IMG/VR virus record: IMGVR_UViG_3300045988_131485
Length of the DNA: 64,000 nt
Source: a virus
Direction: 5' to 3' (one strand)
Shown here: piece by piece, positions 41,004 through 52,100 of the stretch
Layout: each line of letters opens with the position of its first letter
How positions within the stretch are numbered: position 1 is the stretch's first letter
Notes under the pieces: generated by a model
What the model saw: the letters and a program-made list of their open reading frames with translations, nothing else
What the model was told of the DNA's origin: nothing
Databases searched by the model: none
Position numbers and translations under genes: made by a program

Positions 41004-41547
41004 ACGCATGGGACTGGTTCGTACCGAATACGAAGGTATGCCTGAAATCCCTATGCAACCCGTATTCGAGCCTATGTACGCGCCTGAGACGCCGGTAATT
41101 GACGCTACTCAGGTGTCCTATGATGATGTGATCGCATCCATCTATCAGCAGGGCGATATCGACGACGAGAACTCGATCTTCAAGATCAAAGCGTATATCG
41201 ACATTCTGCCCCAGGATATGACTAAGGCCAAGAAACAGGCGTCCATCGCCGGCATTCTCAGCGTCAACGGGATCAATGTGGATGATCTCATTGAGGACGG
41301 TCTGAAGCGTGGTCGCGCCTTGGACGCTGCCGAGGATAGTATTAGGGCGGAAAACGATGCGCTGATCGCTGAGACCGAGGCGGATATCGAACATCTGAAG
41401 TCCCTGATCGAGCAGGCGGAAGCCAGAATTGAGGACTCCAAACAAAAGACCTCTGATTCCAGCGCCGCCATCCAGAAGGAAAAAGAAGCTATCAGTCAAC
41501 TCTTGGAGTTTGCGAACGGCGTTGCCGGTAAGGAAGGAGCACAGTAA
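40987..41547 (+). CDS. hypothetical coiled-coil protein
   Basis: Overlaps the previous gene by 17 nt; C-terminal heptad-rich acidic region. Confidence 0.6.
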   Translation: MAGLFERMGLVRTEYEGMPEIPMQPVFEPMYAPETPVIDATQVSYDDVIASIYQQGDIDDENSIFKIKAYIDILPQDMTKAKKQASIAGILSVNGINVDDLIEDGLKRGRALDAAEDSIRAENDALIAETEADIEHLKSLIEQAEARIEDSKQKTSDSSAAIQKEKEAISQLLEFANGVAGKEGAQ

Positions 41548-42362
41548 TGGGCATTGTGATTGGAGCGGTAGCGGTTGTATTTATGCTCGCCCTGATCATC
41601 TTCCCCGGTGTCCGGGGTAAGCTGAAAGTCCTCGTTGGAGGGTTCCTCAACATCTTCGTGGAGGATATCGCCAAGACACCCGAGGGTGCAAAGGCTGTTT
41701 TCCAGCAAGCCATTGAGGAAGTGCAGGAGCGTTACAACAAGGCTGGTGACACCCTGAATCGGTTTGTGGGCGAGCAATCCTCCGTCCAGAAGAACCTCAA
41801 CAAGCTATATGGAGAACTGAAGGACGTTGAATCAAAGTGTGAGTCTCTGGTCAGATCTGGCAATATGGCCGATGCTGCCATTTTTTCAACCAGGCGTGAG
41901 GAAATCCTGTTTGAAATCTCCCAGAAAGAGGGATACCTGCGAGAGATTGAACCTATGGTAAAAGAGGCTCAGACCGTTTATGAAGCGTACGACAAGAAGC
42001 TCCGCGAGCTGAAAAAGCAGAGCCGTATGACTGTCGAGGAAATGAAACTCCGTGGCAACATGAAGGATCTCTTGGGCGATCTGGACGAGCTGCGCCGGGA
42101 CTCTGCTACTGATAAGCTCTTGGGCAGTGTCCGGGACGGAGCGGAGGATCTTCGCAAAGAGGTTGATGGTGCGATTGTCGTTCATGCAAGCCGTACCACC
42201 ACCAAAATGTCAATGGCTGAGAAAAATGCGGCGAAAGCTCAGTCGGATGCTTATCTGCAGTCTCTCGCCACAAAGTATAACGGGAAGCCGGCTATTCAGG
42301 CTTCACGGTCTGGCGTCACCTTCGACGCTCCTAAATCCAAAGTGAAAGAGGAAAGGAAGTAA
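41547..42362 (+). CDS. PspA/IM30-like coiled-coil protein with an N-terminal transmembrane helix
   Basis: MGIVIGAVAVVFMLALIIF, then a long helical region resembling the PspA/Vipp1 family (recognised by eye, uncertain). Confidence 0.5.
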   Translation: MGIVIGAVAVVFMLALIIFPGVRGKLKVLVGGFLNIFVEDIAKTPEGAKAVFQQAIEEVQERYNKAGDTLNRFVGEQSSVQKNLNKLYGELKDVESKCESLVRSGNMADAAIFSTRREEILFEISQKEGYLREIEPMVKEAQTVYEAYDKKLRELKKQSRMTVEEMKLRGNMKDLLGDLDELRRDSATDKLLGSVRDGAEDLRKEVDGAIVVHASRTTTKMSMAEKNAAKAQSDAYLQSLATKYNGKPAIQASRSGVTFDAPKSKVKEERK

Positions 42363-42368
42363 CTTACC

Positions 42369-43943
42369 ATGAAGAGAATGAAACTCACTACCGCTGGCCG
42401 TGTGGTGATCTTCGTCATCGTGCTGGCGCTCCTCGCTGGTATCGGCGGCTTCGGCTACAACTACTACAAGAACAACATCGCAGACGACAAACTCATCAGT
42501 TCGGGTACCCAGTCTGGCAGCACGTCCCAGAAGCCCACGACAAAGCCCTCTGCCGGCAAGACGGACACTTCTGATCCCGTGATTAACCTGTCTCTGGATG
42601 AGTGGGTGGGCTGGAAGCCTATTATCGACGCTAACCAGGGCTTGACCACGCAACCCGGTTCAATTTTCGACCAGTTGGGCATTAAGGTTAACATCAATAT
42701 CATCAATGACGCAACTGCCAGCAGCAATGCTTTGATTACTGGGGAGCTGAATGCTGCGGGTTATACCACCAACCGTGCCGCGTTCCTATCTGGTAAGTTC
42801 CAGGAGGCCGGATTGGATGTGGTAATGCCGGTATTCACCAACTACTCCGCTGGTGGCGACGGCATTATTGCTAAGTCCGGTATCAACACCGTAAATGATC
42901 TGCTGGGTAAGAAGATCGGCGTTCCCAGATTCAGCGAAGCCCAGACGCTTGTGGCATGGTTTGTTAATAAGAGTGACCTGTCCGATGCTGACAAGCAGTC
43001 TATCATTGATAATATGATCCTCTTTGACGATGCGTCTGAGACGGGCGAGGCGTTCTTCGCCGGCCAGCTGGACGTGGCAGCGACTTGGCAGCCTTACCTG
43101 TCCTATGCAACCGAAAACAGCGATGCGCACATCATGTTCTCTACCACAGCCTCTAAGAGCCTGATTATGGACGGTATCGTATTCCGTTCCGACTTTGCCC
43201 AGGCACACCCCGACGTTGTGACCGCCTTTATTGATGGTATCTTCCAGGCCAACGCAATGTATACCACTGAGTTTGACTACATCCGTTCTGTTATGCCTAT
43301 GTTCGCCGGCGTTTCCGACGAGGAGATTAAGGCTCAGTGCGGCGATGCCGAAATGATGGGCTACGCCGAGAATAAGGAAGTGCTGGACTCCACTGCTCCT
43401 TCTGTCTACTTCGATATGTGTGATATCTGGGAGTCTTTGGGTGAGACGGTCAATCGCAAGGTGGCTATGACACTCTTTGATAACCAGTATCTGCTCCCTC
43501 TGGCAAGCAAGTATTCTTCTACCTCTGCCTCTACCAGCAAGCCCGTTGAGCTGACCGAGGAGCAGAAGCAGGAAATCGTCAATTATGAGGCGCTGCTGAC
43601 CAAATCCATGACCGTTGAGTTTGTGGCTGATACCGCTCAGTTCAAGAACCCCGAAGAGGCATACGCCATCATGGATGAGTTCGTTTCTATCGCCAATACT
43701 CTGGATGGCGCGATTATCCAGGTGGAGGGCAATATCAATGCCCGCAACTACTCCGACTCTGGACAGGCGCTGTCTGCTGAACGTGCAAAGGCTGTCGCCA
43801 AGTATTTCATCGCTTGCGGTATTGATCCGAACCGTCTGATTACAGTCGGCAATGGCAACACGAAGATGGTTGCAGATCCCGGTTCTGCCGATGCCTACCT
43901 GAACCGTAGAACCGACGTGTTCTTCAAAATCATCGAAGAGTAA
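42369..43943 (+). CDS. membrane-anchored NMT1/ThiY-type substrate-binding protein fused to an OmpA-like domain
   Basis: N-terminal TM helix; periplasmic-binding-protein-like core; C-terminal ...ALSAERAKAVAKYFIACGIDPNRLITVGNGNTK...NRRTDVFF. Confidence 0.6.
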   Translation: MKRMKLTTAGRVVIFVIVLALLAGIGGFGYNYYKNNIADDKLISSGTQSGSTSQKPTTKPSAGKTDTSDPVINLSLDEWVGWKPIIDANQGLTTQPGSIFDQLGIKVNINIINDATASSNALITGELNAAGYTTNRAAFLSGKFQEAGLDVVMPVFTNYSAGGDGIIAKSGINTVNDLLGKKIGVPRFSEAQTLVAWFVNKSDLSDADKQSIIDNMILFDDASETGEAFFAGQLDVAATWQPYLSYATENSDAHIMFSTTASKSLIMDGIVFRSDFAQAHPDVVTAFIDGIFQANAMYTTEFDYIRSVMPMFAGVSDEEIKAQCGDAEMMGYAENKEVLDSTAPSVYFDMCDIWESLGETVNRKVAMTLFDNQYLLPLASKYSSTSASTSKPVELTEEQKQEIVNYEALLTKSMTVEFVADTAQFKNPEEAYAIMDEFVSIANTLDGAIIQVEGNINARNYSDSGQALSAERAKAVAKYFIACGIDPNRLITVGNGNTKMVADPGSADAYLNRRTDVFFKIIEE

Positions 43944-43955
43944 TCCTGCGCCTTA

Positions 43956-43981
43956 CGAGGAGGGGCATTGTCCCCTCCTCG
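43956..43981 (+). terminator. GC-rich hairpin after the ABC operon (no T-run)
   Basis: CGAGGAGGGG-CATTGT-CCCCTCCTCG. Confidence 0.4.
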
Positions 43982-44011
43982 GGGCACCAACATAATAAAG
44001 GAGTGGTCAAT

Positions 44012-44623
44012 ATGGATGTAGTGAATGTAGAAATCGCAAATTTGGACGATCTGAAAAAACGGTTCGTTGAAATTTGCGCTACTATCAATCGTCCGGGTAT
44101 GGAAGACCTGATGGCGTGGTTGGAACGTTCTGACTTCTATACTGCGCCGGCAAGCACGCGCTTCCACGGCAACTATACTGGCGGGCTGCTGGAGCATAGC
44201 CTCAATGTGTATGACAAGCTCTCTGGGTTTGTGGCTCGCTATCCTGAACTGGAGATCTCACCGGAGACGGTGGCGGTCACTGCATTGTTCCACGATCTGA
44301 CGAAGGTGAACTACTACACCGTCAGCTCTCGGAACGTCAAGGATGATGTTACGGGCGCATGGCATAAGGAGCCGTTCTACAAAACGGAAGATCGTCTCCC
44401 GCTTGGTCATGGCGAGAAATCTGTCATCATCCTGCAGAGCTTCATCAAGCTCACACGTGACGAAATTGTTGCAATCCGCTGGCATATGGGCAGCTTTGAT
44501 TGTGCAGTCAAAGGCGGGGATTACGGTATGGGCAATGCTTTTGAAACTTACCCGCTGGCAGTCATGACGCATTTGGCTGATATGGAGGCTACCTATCTTG
44601 TCGAGGGTTTAGCAGCAAAGTAA
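44012..44623 (+). CDS. HD-domain phosphohydrolase (YhaM-like)
   Basis: STRFHGNYTGGLLEHSLNV, ALFHDLTK, LGHGEKS; ATG 44012 lies 8 nt after AAGGAG. Confidence 0.7.
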   Translation: MDVVNVEIANLDDLKKRFVEICATINRPGMEDLMAWLERSDFYTAPASTRFHGNYTGGLLEHSLNVYDKLSGFVARYPELEISPETVAVTALFHDLTKVNYYTVSSRNVKDDVTGAWHKEPFYKTEDRLPLGHGEKSVIILQSFIKLTRDEIVAIRWHMGSFDCAVKGGDYGMGNAFETYPLAVMTHLADMEATYLVEGLAAK

Positions 44624-44628
44624 ATCAA
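44610..44628 (+). repeat. leader motif copy
   Basis: TAGCAGCAAAGTAAATCAA, then cGGAGG; overlaps the HD gene stop codon. Confidence 0.5.
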
Positions 44629-44639
44629 CGGAGGCTAAC

Positions 44640-45245
44640 ATGGAAAAAAGCGTTTTTCAAATTCTGAACGAGTACGACATCACGGAACACCTCAAGAAGA
44701 AGGATAAGATCGTCTACCTGCCTTGGTCTAAGGCATGGATGATCGTGAAATCCCTCTTCCCCAGTGCCAAGTTTACCATCAACAAGGCCGCTGACGGCTG
44801 CATTTACCATACGGACGGAAAGACCGCCTGGGTAGAGGTATCTATCACCATCAACGACCAGACTGAAACGGAGTCTCTGGCTGTTATGGATTTCCGTAAC
44901 AAGTCTATTCCCATCGACACGATCACCTCTGCCGATGCAGAGAAGTCTATCAAGCGCTGCTTGGTCAAGTGTGCTGCTCTGCACGGCCTGGGTCTGTCTC
45001 TTTGGACGGGTGAGGAGCTGTCCAGCGCCGCCCGCAAAAAGAAGGAAGACGATCTGGACGATGTGAAACAGGAGATCCTGAGCGTTGTTGCCGGGAAGTT
45101 GGAAGCCGGTGTGTCCAAAGACACCATCTACAAGGCTATCGAAAGTGTTGCCGGTGTGAAGAACCCCAACGCTATCAAGGATATCGCAACGGCTCAGAAA
45201 GTCGTTGAGCAGATCAAGAAACTGGAGGTAAAGCACAATGCTTAA
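44640..45245 (+). CDS. Rad52-like single-strand annealing protein (Sak/DUF1071 type)
   Basis: YLPWSKAWMIVKSLFP...; located next to ssb and the nuclease; family call from memory. Confidence 0.55.
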   Translation: MEKSVFQILNEYDITEHLKKKDKIVYLPWSKAWMIVKSLFPSAKFTINKAADGCIYHTDGKTAWVEVSITINDQTETESLAVMDFRNKSIPIDTITSADAEKSIKRCLVKCAALHGLGLSLWTGEELSSAARKKKEDDLDDVKQEILSVVAGKLEAGVSKDTIYKAIESVAGVKNPNAIKDIATAQKVVEQIKKLEVKHNA

Positions 45246-45675
45246 TAAGGTAATCATCATGGGTCGTCTTACCCGCGATCCTGAGATCAAGAAGGTAAAC
45301 AATGACATCTCCGTGTGCAGCTTTTCTATCGCCTGCGACCGCGACATCGTGAACAAGCAGAACAATGAGCGCGAGACGGACTTCTTCGATGTGACTGCGT
45401 GGCGCTCTACGGCGGATTTCGTTGGCAAGTATTTTGGCAAGGGGCGCATGATTGTTGTTGTCGGTCGGCTGCAGAAGCGCAACTACACCGATAAGGACGG
45501 CAACAAGCGTTCTGCCGTAGACATCATTGCCGAGAACGTCTATTTCGGCGATTCCAAGAAGGACGGCGAGACTTCTGACAACGCCTCTGCCCCCACCACC
45601 GGATATGCTACCGCTCCTTCTCAGAACAGCGACTTCGCAAATGTCGGTGAGGAAGATGGAGAGCTGCCCTTCTGA
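45238..45675 (+). CDS. ssb: single-stranded DNA-binding protein
   Basis: MLNKVIIMGRLTRDPE OB-fold N-terminus; acidic tail DGELPF. Confidence 0.9.
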   Translation: MLNKVIIMGRLTRDPEIKKVNNDISVCSFSIACDRDIVNKQNNERETDFFDVTAWRSTADFVGKYFGKGRMIVVVGRLQKRNYTDKDGNKRSAVDIIAENVYFGDSKKDGETSDNASAPTTGYATAPSQNSDFANVGEEDGELPF

Positions 45676-46442
45676 TGGATAATTCTTTTCTCCTGGACGC
45701 TATGGACTGGTCATACTCCCGCGTTAGCAGTTTTGATCAGTGTCCGCGTATGTTTGACCTTACTTACCTCCAGTGCATGGATCGCGTGGACAACGCTTTT
45801 GCTCAATGGGGTTCACTGGCGCACTCGCTTTTAGAGCGATATTTTCGTCAGCAGGTCGAGCTGTGGGATTTATCCGGCCTCTATGAGAAGGAATACGCAA
45901 GAGCAGTTACAGAACAGTTTCCATTTCCCCGACTGGAAGGTAGCTACTATGAGCGCGGTATGGAATACTTCGATAATTTCGGTGGACAACTGGGAGACGA
46001 AGAAAAAGTGCTTGCGGTCGAAGATCGGTATACCTCTACACTGGGCGGCAGACCAGTGGTAGGTATTATAGATCTGGTGCTTCGTAATAGGTCTGGGCTG
46101 ATTGTTTGCGATCACAAAAGCCGGGGCAAATGGAAATCCAGAGAGGAACGCCGCAAATATCTCCGCCAACTGAACTTGTATGCAGTACGGGTCAAAGAGG
46201 TCTACGGTGAGTGGCCGCATGAACTTTGGTTCAATAAGTTCCGTGAAGGTATCTTGGACAGAGATCCATTCAACATCGTAACTGCTCAGGAGGACATAGA
46301 CTGGTTCCTGCGTTCCATTGACGACATCTATAAGGCAAGGAGCTTTCCTGCCAAACCTGACCGTTTCTTTTGTGACTACCTGTGTTCTGTGCGCGAGCAT
46401 TGCGAGCATTCCAGCCAATATATTACGGAGGAATATGAGTGA
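45675..46442 (+). CDS. PD-(D/E)XK nuclease, Cas4/RecB-like with a C-terminal Cys cluster
   Basis: GIIDLV...VCDHKS...QLNLYA and FFCDYLCSVREHCEHS. Confidence 0.75.
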   Translation: MDNSFLLDAMDWSYSRVSSFDQCPRMFDLTYLQCMDRVDNAFAQWGSLAHSLLERYFRQQVELWDLSGLYEKEYARAVTEQFPFPRLEGSYYERGMEYFDNFGGQLGDEEKVLAVEDRYTSTLGGRPVVGIIDLVLRNRSGLIVCDHKSRGKWKSREERRKYLRQLNLYAVRVKEVYGEWPHELWFNKFREGILDRDPFNIVTAQEDIDWFLRSIDDIYKARSFPAKPDRFFCDYLCSVREHCEHSSQYITEEYE

Positions 46443-46900
46443 TGGGAAAGATCAAAGTAATTTTCCTCGACGTTGACGGTGTGCTCAACAGTGATCGTAC
46501 AGCCCGCAGAACCCAAAGCGGCTATACGTTTGTTGACAACAGGCAAATGAAGAACCTGAAGCACATCATTAACATGACAGGAGCTAAGGTCGTTCTTTCC
46601 AGTGATTGGAGATACGACCGAGATGACCCGAGATACAACGGAGACTATCTGGAACTGGAAGCAGAGCTGTTGAAATACGGGGTTCGTCTTTATGGCTTTA
46701 CGCCGGAGCTGCCATCCTGTCACAGAGGTGTGGAAATTGACTGCTGGTTAAAAGAACATAGCGAGGTCGGAGACTTCGTAATTCTGGACGACCGGACAGA
46801 TATCGAGCCGAACAAAGATCACTGGGTTCAGACAGTAATGCGTCGGGGACTCGGTGTTGAGGAGGCCGAGAGTGCTATCCGCATCTTGAACGGCAAATGA
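46439..46900 (+). CDS. HAD-superfamily phosphatase-like protein
   Basis: VIFLDVDGVLNS (DxDG motif). Confidence 0.55.
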   Translation: MMGKIKVIFLDVDGVLNSDRTARRTQSGYTFVDNRQMKNLKHIINMTGAKVVLSSDWRYDRDDPRYNGDYLELEAELLKYGVRLYGFTPELPSCHRGVEIDCWLKEHSEVGDFVILDDRTDIEPNKDHWVQTVMRRGLGVEEAESAIRILNGK

Positions 46901-46976
46901 AAGACGGATTTTATTCGGATAAGACCCGTCCACATGAAGTGGGCGGGCTTACCGAAGAACTGAGGTGATTTTACCC

Positions 46977-48932
46977 ATGCAGATTGATAGAGAAGCAATT
47001 TTGCAGGCCAAAGAAAAGCTCGGAGATCGTAACGCTCAGATTATCGTCGAAGAGCTGGGGATTACCGATTTCGATGAGAAAAACATGAAGTGTTGCTGTC
47101 CCTTCCATCAGGAGGATCACGCTTCCTTCATTTACAACAAGAAAGCATTCAACTTTCGTTGTTTCGGTAGTTGTGGCCGTAGCTACGACATTCTGGACGT
47201 TTTCATGTATAAAGGCGCGACTTATGCCGAAGCCTGTAAGAAACTTTTCGAGCTTGCCGAAATGCCCTACTCTTTCGGAGAGCTGGGCGTAAAAACCAAA
47301 CGGCATTATAGATATCCCCACGAGGTTCCCTGCACTGATAAATCCAAAGTGTACGCATATTTTGAGCAGCGCAAGATCAGTCGTGAGACGCTGGATGCTC
47401 TTGATGTGCGGCAGGACTCCGAGGGAAACGCGGTATTCAATTACTACGACACGAACGATGTGTTGACGATGGTGAAATACAAACCGTCGCATAAAGTCCA
47501 GCATGGTCAAGCAAAGTGCTGGTGCCAGCAAAACTCTGATACGGCTCCGTTGCTGTTCAACATGAACCGCATCAACGTTAATTCTCCCCTTCTGATCTGT
47601 GAGGGCGAGCCGGATTGCCTTAGTGCGATTGAGGCAGGATTCAAAAATGCTGTTTCCGTTCCTCTGGGCAGTTCAAATCTCCACTGGATCGACGAAAACC
47701 TGGAATGGCTCGATCAGTTTGAGAGCATTATCATTTGCGCCGACAACGATGACGCCGGCGTGAAAATGCAGAAAGAGTGCGTTCCCCGGCTGGGTAGCTG
47801 GCGAACAAAGGTCGTAGACATCCCAGCAATCCCCATTGGAAATACTGGACGGGTAACAAAAGACCTGAATGAGATCCTTTACGTTTGCGGCAAAGACAAA
47901 GTGTTGGAGCTGATCTTGGATGCTAAAGACTCCCCTGTTCCTTCCGTAGCCGACCTTTCTGATGTCGAGCCGACCGAGTATGAGGATGTTGACGGTGTGA
48001 CTACCGGGCTGAAGGCCATTGATGATGAGCTGATGCGGCTCTTTTTCGGAACGCTTACTATTGTGAGTGGTCAGCCCGGATCTGGTAAGAGTAGTCTTCT
48101 TACTCAGCTCGCGTGCAATTCTCTCGATAATGACATCGGTACGTGGCTTTTCAGCGGCGAACTTCCCAACGGTGTAGAAAAGTCCTGGTTCAACTACATT
48201 TTCGCCGGCCCCCGCAATATCACGGATGCTATCTCTCGTCGGGGCAATCCTTACAAGAAGATTTCCACGACGACGCTTGCCGAGATCAACAAGACCTATA
48301 AAGGGCGTTGGCATATCTATCGTGATGACTACGACAACGTACTGGATAAGCTCATCGCCTCTATGACGGATACCGTTCGGAAGTACGGTGCCCGTTGTCT
48401 GATCCTCGACAATTTCATGTGTATTGACACTGAAACCAGCGAAGAGGAACTGCGCTCTCAGACAGATACGATTAAAAAGCTCATTGAGTTTGCTAAGAAG
48501 TATCAAGTGGCTGTAATCCTTGTTTGCCACCCTCGAAAGATGGACGCCGGAACCAATGTAGGCATCTATGATATCGCTGGTACCAGCAACATCGTGAACC
48601 TGGCACATCGGACTATTGGCCTGCGGCGAGTAACGGACGCAGAACGTGAGAATGCTGCGAAGTATTCTGAGAAGCGTCGCCAGTTGCTCAAGTACGATGT
48701 GATCGTAACTATCGTCAAAGACCGTATGTTTGGCCGGCAGAATATCGACGTTGGCCTCTATTACGATCCCGCTTCCCGCCGTTTCTTCGGCGATATGGAC
48801 GAGTACGACCGTCGTTTTTCTTGGGACAAGAAGGAGTACAAAGAGCCTCTGCCTCTTCCTCCTCAGCTGCTTGCTGAAGAGCGTGCCTCCGAAGACGAAG
48901 CATTTGGAGCAGTGAACGACAGAGAGGGCTAA
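46977..48932 (+). CDS. bifunctional DNA primase / replicative helicase
   Basis: Zinc finger CCPFHQEDHASF, Toprim LICEGEPDCLSA...CADNDDAG, P-loop SGQPGSGKSS. Confidence 0.85.
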   Translation: MQIDREAILQAKEKLGDRNAQIIVEELGITDFDEKNMKCCCPFHQEDHASFIYNKKAFNFRCFGSCGRSYDILDVFMYKGATYAEACKKLFELAEMPYSFGELGVKTKRHYRYPHEVPCTDKSKVYAYFEQRKISRETLDALDVRQDSEGNAVFNYYDTNDVLTMVKYKPSHKVQHGQAKCWCQQNSDTAPLLFNMNRINVNSPLLICEGEPDCLSAIEAGFKNAVSVPLGSSNLHWIDENLEWLDQFESIIICADNDDAGVKMQKECVPRLGSWRTKVVDIPAIPIGNTGRVTKDLNEILYVCGKDKVLELILDAKDSPVPSVADLSDVEPTEYEDVDGVTTGLKAIDDELMRLFFGTLTIVSGQPGSGKSSLLTQLACNSLDNDIGTWLFSGELPNGVEKSWFNYIFAGPRNITDAISRRGNPYKKISTTTLAEINKTYKGRWHIYRDDYDNVLDKLIASMTDTVRKYGARCLILDNFMCIDTETSEEELRSQTDTIKKLIEFAKKYQVAVILVCHPRKMDAGTNVGIYDIAGTSNIVNLAHRTIGLRRVTDAERENAAKYSEKRRQLLKYDVIVTIVKDRMFGRQNIDVGLYYDPASRRFFGDMDEYDRRFSWDKKEYKEPLPLPPQLLAEERASEDEAFGAVNDREG

Positions 48933-48934
48933 CT

Positions 48935-49135
48935 ATGGTGAATTTCGGAGTATGTGACTGTGGCGGTAGCCTTATCCCTGTTTGGTTCACAGAAGAAGAG
49001 ACGAAGGTTGCCAACGGCACTATGTATAAGACAGGCCGAGTTCGTAGGGCGTGTTCTCACCTTGTATGTGAAGCCTGTCTGAAAAACTTTTGCGTTGACG
49101 ATACCTTTGACGGGCCGTGGCACAATCGGAGGTGA
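48935..49135 (+). CDS. small zinc-ribbon protein
   Basis: CDCGG...CEAC; GAGGG SD. Confidence 0.55.
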   Translation: MVNFGVCDCGGSLIPVWFTEEETKVANGTMYKTGRVRRACSHLVCEACLKNFCVDDTFDGPWHNRR

Positions 49136-49140
49136 TTTTA

Positions 49141-52100
49141 TTGAGCGGTAACTATACGGCATACCATGTCCATACTGAATTGTCGCTGTTAGACAGCGCG
49201 ACGAAGTTTGAGGACTATATCGCTAAGGCTGTCGAGTTGGGGCAGACTGCCATTGCTTTTACGGAGCATGGTAACATCTATCAGTGGGTCGCCAAAAAGA
49301 TGGCCTGTGATAAGGCCGGATTGAAATATCTGCATGGCTGTGAAGTCTATTTGACTGAAAAGCTATTGCTTACCGATCCACGCACCGGAGAGCAGAATAA
49401 GGTACGCGATAACTACCACACCATCCTGATTGCCAAGAACTACGCTGGTCTTCAGGAGATGAACGAGCTAATCAGCCGATCGAATCAGGGCGACCACTTT
49501 TACTACAAACCCCGTATCACGTTTGATGAGTTCCTTGGTATTTCCAGTAACGTCATCAAGATCAGTGCCTGCCTTGCTTCCCCGTTAAATCGCATGAGCA
49601 TTACTCATCCTATGTATGAGCGACTGCTGAAGCACTACGACTATCTGGAAATCCAAGCGCACGACCACCCAGAGCAGGTTGCCTACAATCGCCACCTGGC
49701 GGAAATGTCTCAGAAATACGGCATCCCGCTCATTGCAGGCACCGATACCCATAGCCTCAACAAATACAAGGCTGAGTGCCGAACGATCTTGCAGTTGAGT
49801 AAACACATCGAGTTTGCCGACGAAGATACGTTTGACCTTACCTATAAATCCTATGACGAGTTAGTAGCAATGTTCGCAACGCAGGACGCCTTACCGGAAG
49901 CGATGTATTTGGAGGCCATTGAGAACACCAACCGTATGGCCGACTCTGTAGAGCCGTTTGAGCTGGATATCTCGTTCAAGTATCCCATTCTCTATGGTGA
50001 ACGCGATCGAGAGGTGCTTCATCAAGTTCTTGATGATAACCTACAAGCAAAGATCAAAGAGGGTGCTATCACTCCAGAGCAGATCGAGCCGTTCAAAGCG
50101 GCCATTGCTGAGGAATGCCGGGTCTTTGACAAAATTGAGATGTCAGGCTTCATGCTTTTCATGAGTGAATTGGTGACATGGTGTAAATCTCATGGTATCC
50201 CCATTGGTTTCAATCGTGGTTCCTGTGGTGGATCTCGTGTAGCTTATGTCACCAATACAACAGACCTCAATCCTGAGACATGGCATACAGTGTTCAGCCG
50301 CTTCTGTAACGAAGATCGTAAGGAGATTGGCGATATTGATATCGACGTGTCACCCTCCCAGCGCGATCTGGTTTATGACTACATCATCAACCGTTTTGGT
50401 CAGGAAAAGACCGCATTTATTCTGGCAATCGGCACTATCAAATCCAAAGGCTGTATTGATGAGATCTGCCGTGCTTTGGCACTGCGTTGGAATCGTGAAC
50501 ACCAACGGGACGAGAAAGAGTTCCGTAGAGTGATGGCGCAGCTCAAAGATGAGAACGCGAAGATCGTTTTTGGAGATGCGCGAGACGGATTTAGCCTGTA
50601 TTTCTTTGATGAGGCTGGCAATCTTCTTTTGCCCAGCCGCATGAAGGACATTCCCCGTGCCGAGCTGATCAAGCAGTTTTCCAAAGAGTACACAAAACTC
50701 AAAGAGGAAAACGAAAGGATCTTTGCTAAGAACCCCTGGGCTGGTAAGGCAAGTGCCAATATCAAAAAGGAGTTTGAGGCAGACGAGGCAGCGGCTCGGG
50801 AAAAGTATCCCGAAGTATTCTACTACTACGACGGGCTTCTTGACGTGGCGATCTCTCAGTCTATGCACCCTGCCGGTATTGTGGCAAGCCCTATTACCCT
50901 CCGAGATAACTACGGTACGTTCATCTCTGACGGTAAGGAAATCCTGCAGATTGACATGGAGTGTGTGCATGAGGTCAGTTTGGTCAAGTATGACATTCTC
51001 GGATTGAAAAACATCGAGATTATCAAAGACGCTTATGAGCTGCTGGGTAAGCCCTACCCGAAGTCTCACGAAATCAACTGGAATGATGAGGCTGTCTGGA
51101 AGGATATGCTGAGATCTCCCATTGGTATCTTCCAGTTTGAAGGAGAGTTCGCGTTCCAGATGCTTAGGCAGTACGAGCCGCACAGCATTTTCGACATGAG
51201 CCTTGTTACAGCGGCGCTTCGTCCTTCGGGCGCGTCGTACCGTGACGACCTTATGCAGCACAAGCCTCACAAGAACCCCTCTCCTATCATCGACGAACTT
51301 TTGGCAGATAACAACGGCTATCTTATTTACCAAGAGGACGTTATCAAGTTCCTACAGCAAATCTGCGGCTTCTCTGGGTCAGATGCAGATAACACTCGCC
51401 GCGCTATCGGACGAAAAGACGAAGAACGGTTGAAAAAAGCTCTTCCACAAATTCTTGAGGGATATTGTGAAAAGTCACCGCAGTCCCGTGAAGTTGCAGA
51501 GCAGGAGGCAAAGGAGTTCTTGCAGATCATCCAAGACGCTTCCAGCTATATGTTTGGTTATAACCATTCAGTCGGGTACTGCATGATTGGCTATCTGTGC
51601 GCTTATCTGCGGTACTACCATCCGTATGAGTTCATCACAGCCTACCTTAACAATGCCAACGGCGAGGAGGATGTGAAGAACGGGAACGAGCTGGCAACGC
51701 TTTACGGTATCAGAATTGTCCCGCCGCGTTTTGGCCTTTCCAAGGATAAATATTTGCTGAATACCGAAGAGAAGGTTATCGCCAAGGGTATTTCTTCTGT
51801 AAAGTACATGAATGCCGATGTTGCCAACGAACTCTATGAGCTGGCAAAGGCCGGCAAGCCTGAGTCTTTCATGGACTTGCTTATGCAGCTGGACGAGAAA
51901 ACACACTTGGATACACGGCAGCGGGATATTTTGGTGAAGATCGACTACTTTGCTGAGTATGGCAATTCCAAAGAGTTGTTGCGTATGGTGAACTTCTTTT
52001 CTTTCTTCAAGAGCGGAACGATGAAGAAGATCTCCAAGGACAAGGTAACGGCTGAATTGGAACCCATAATCGCCCAGTATGCAACTGATAAGTCCAAAAG

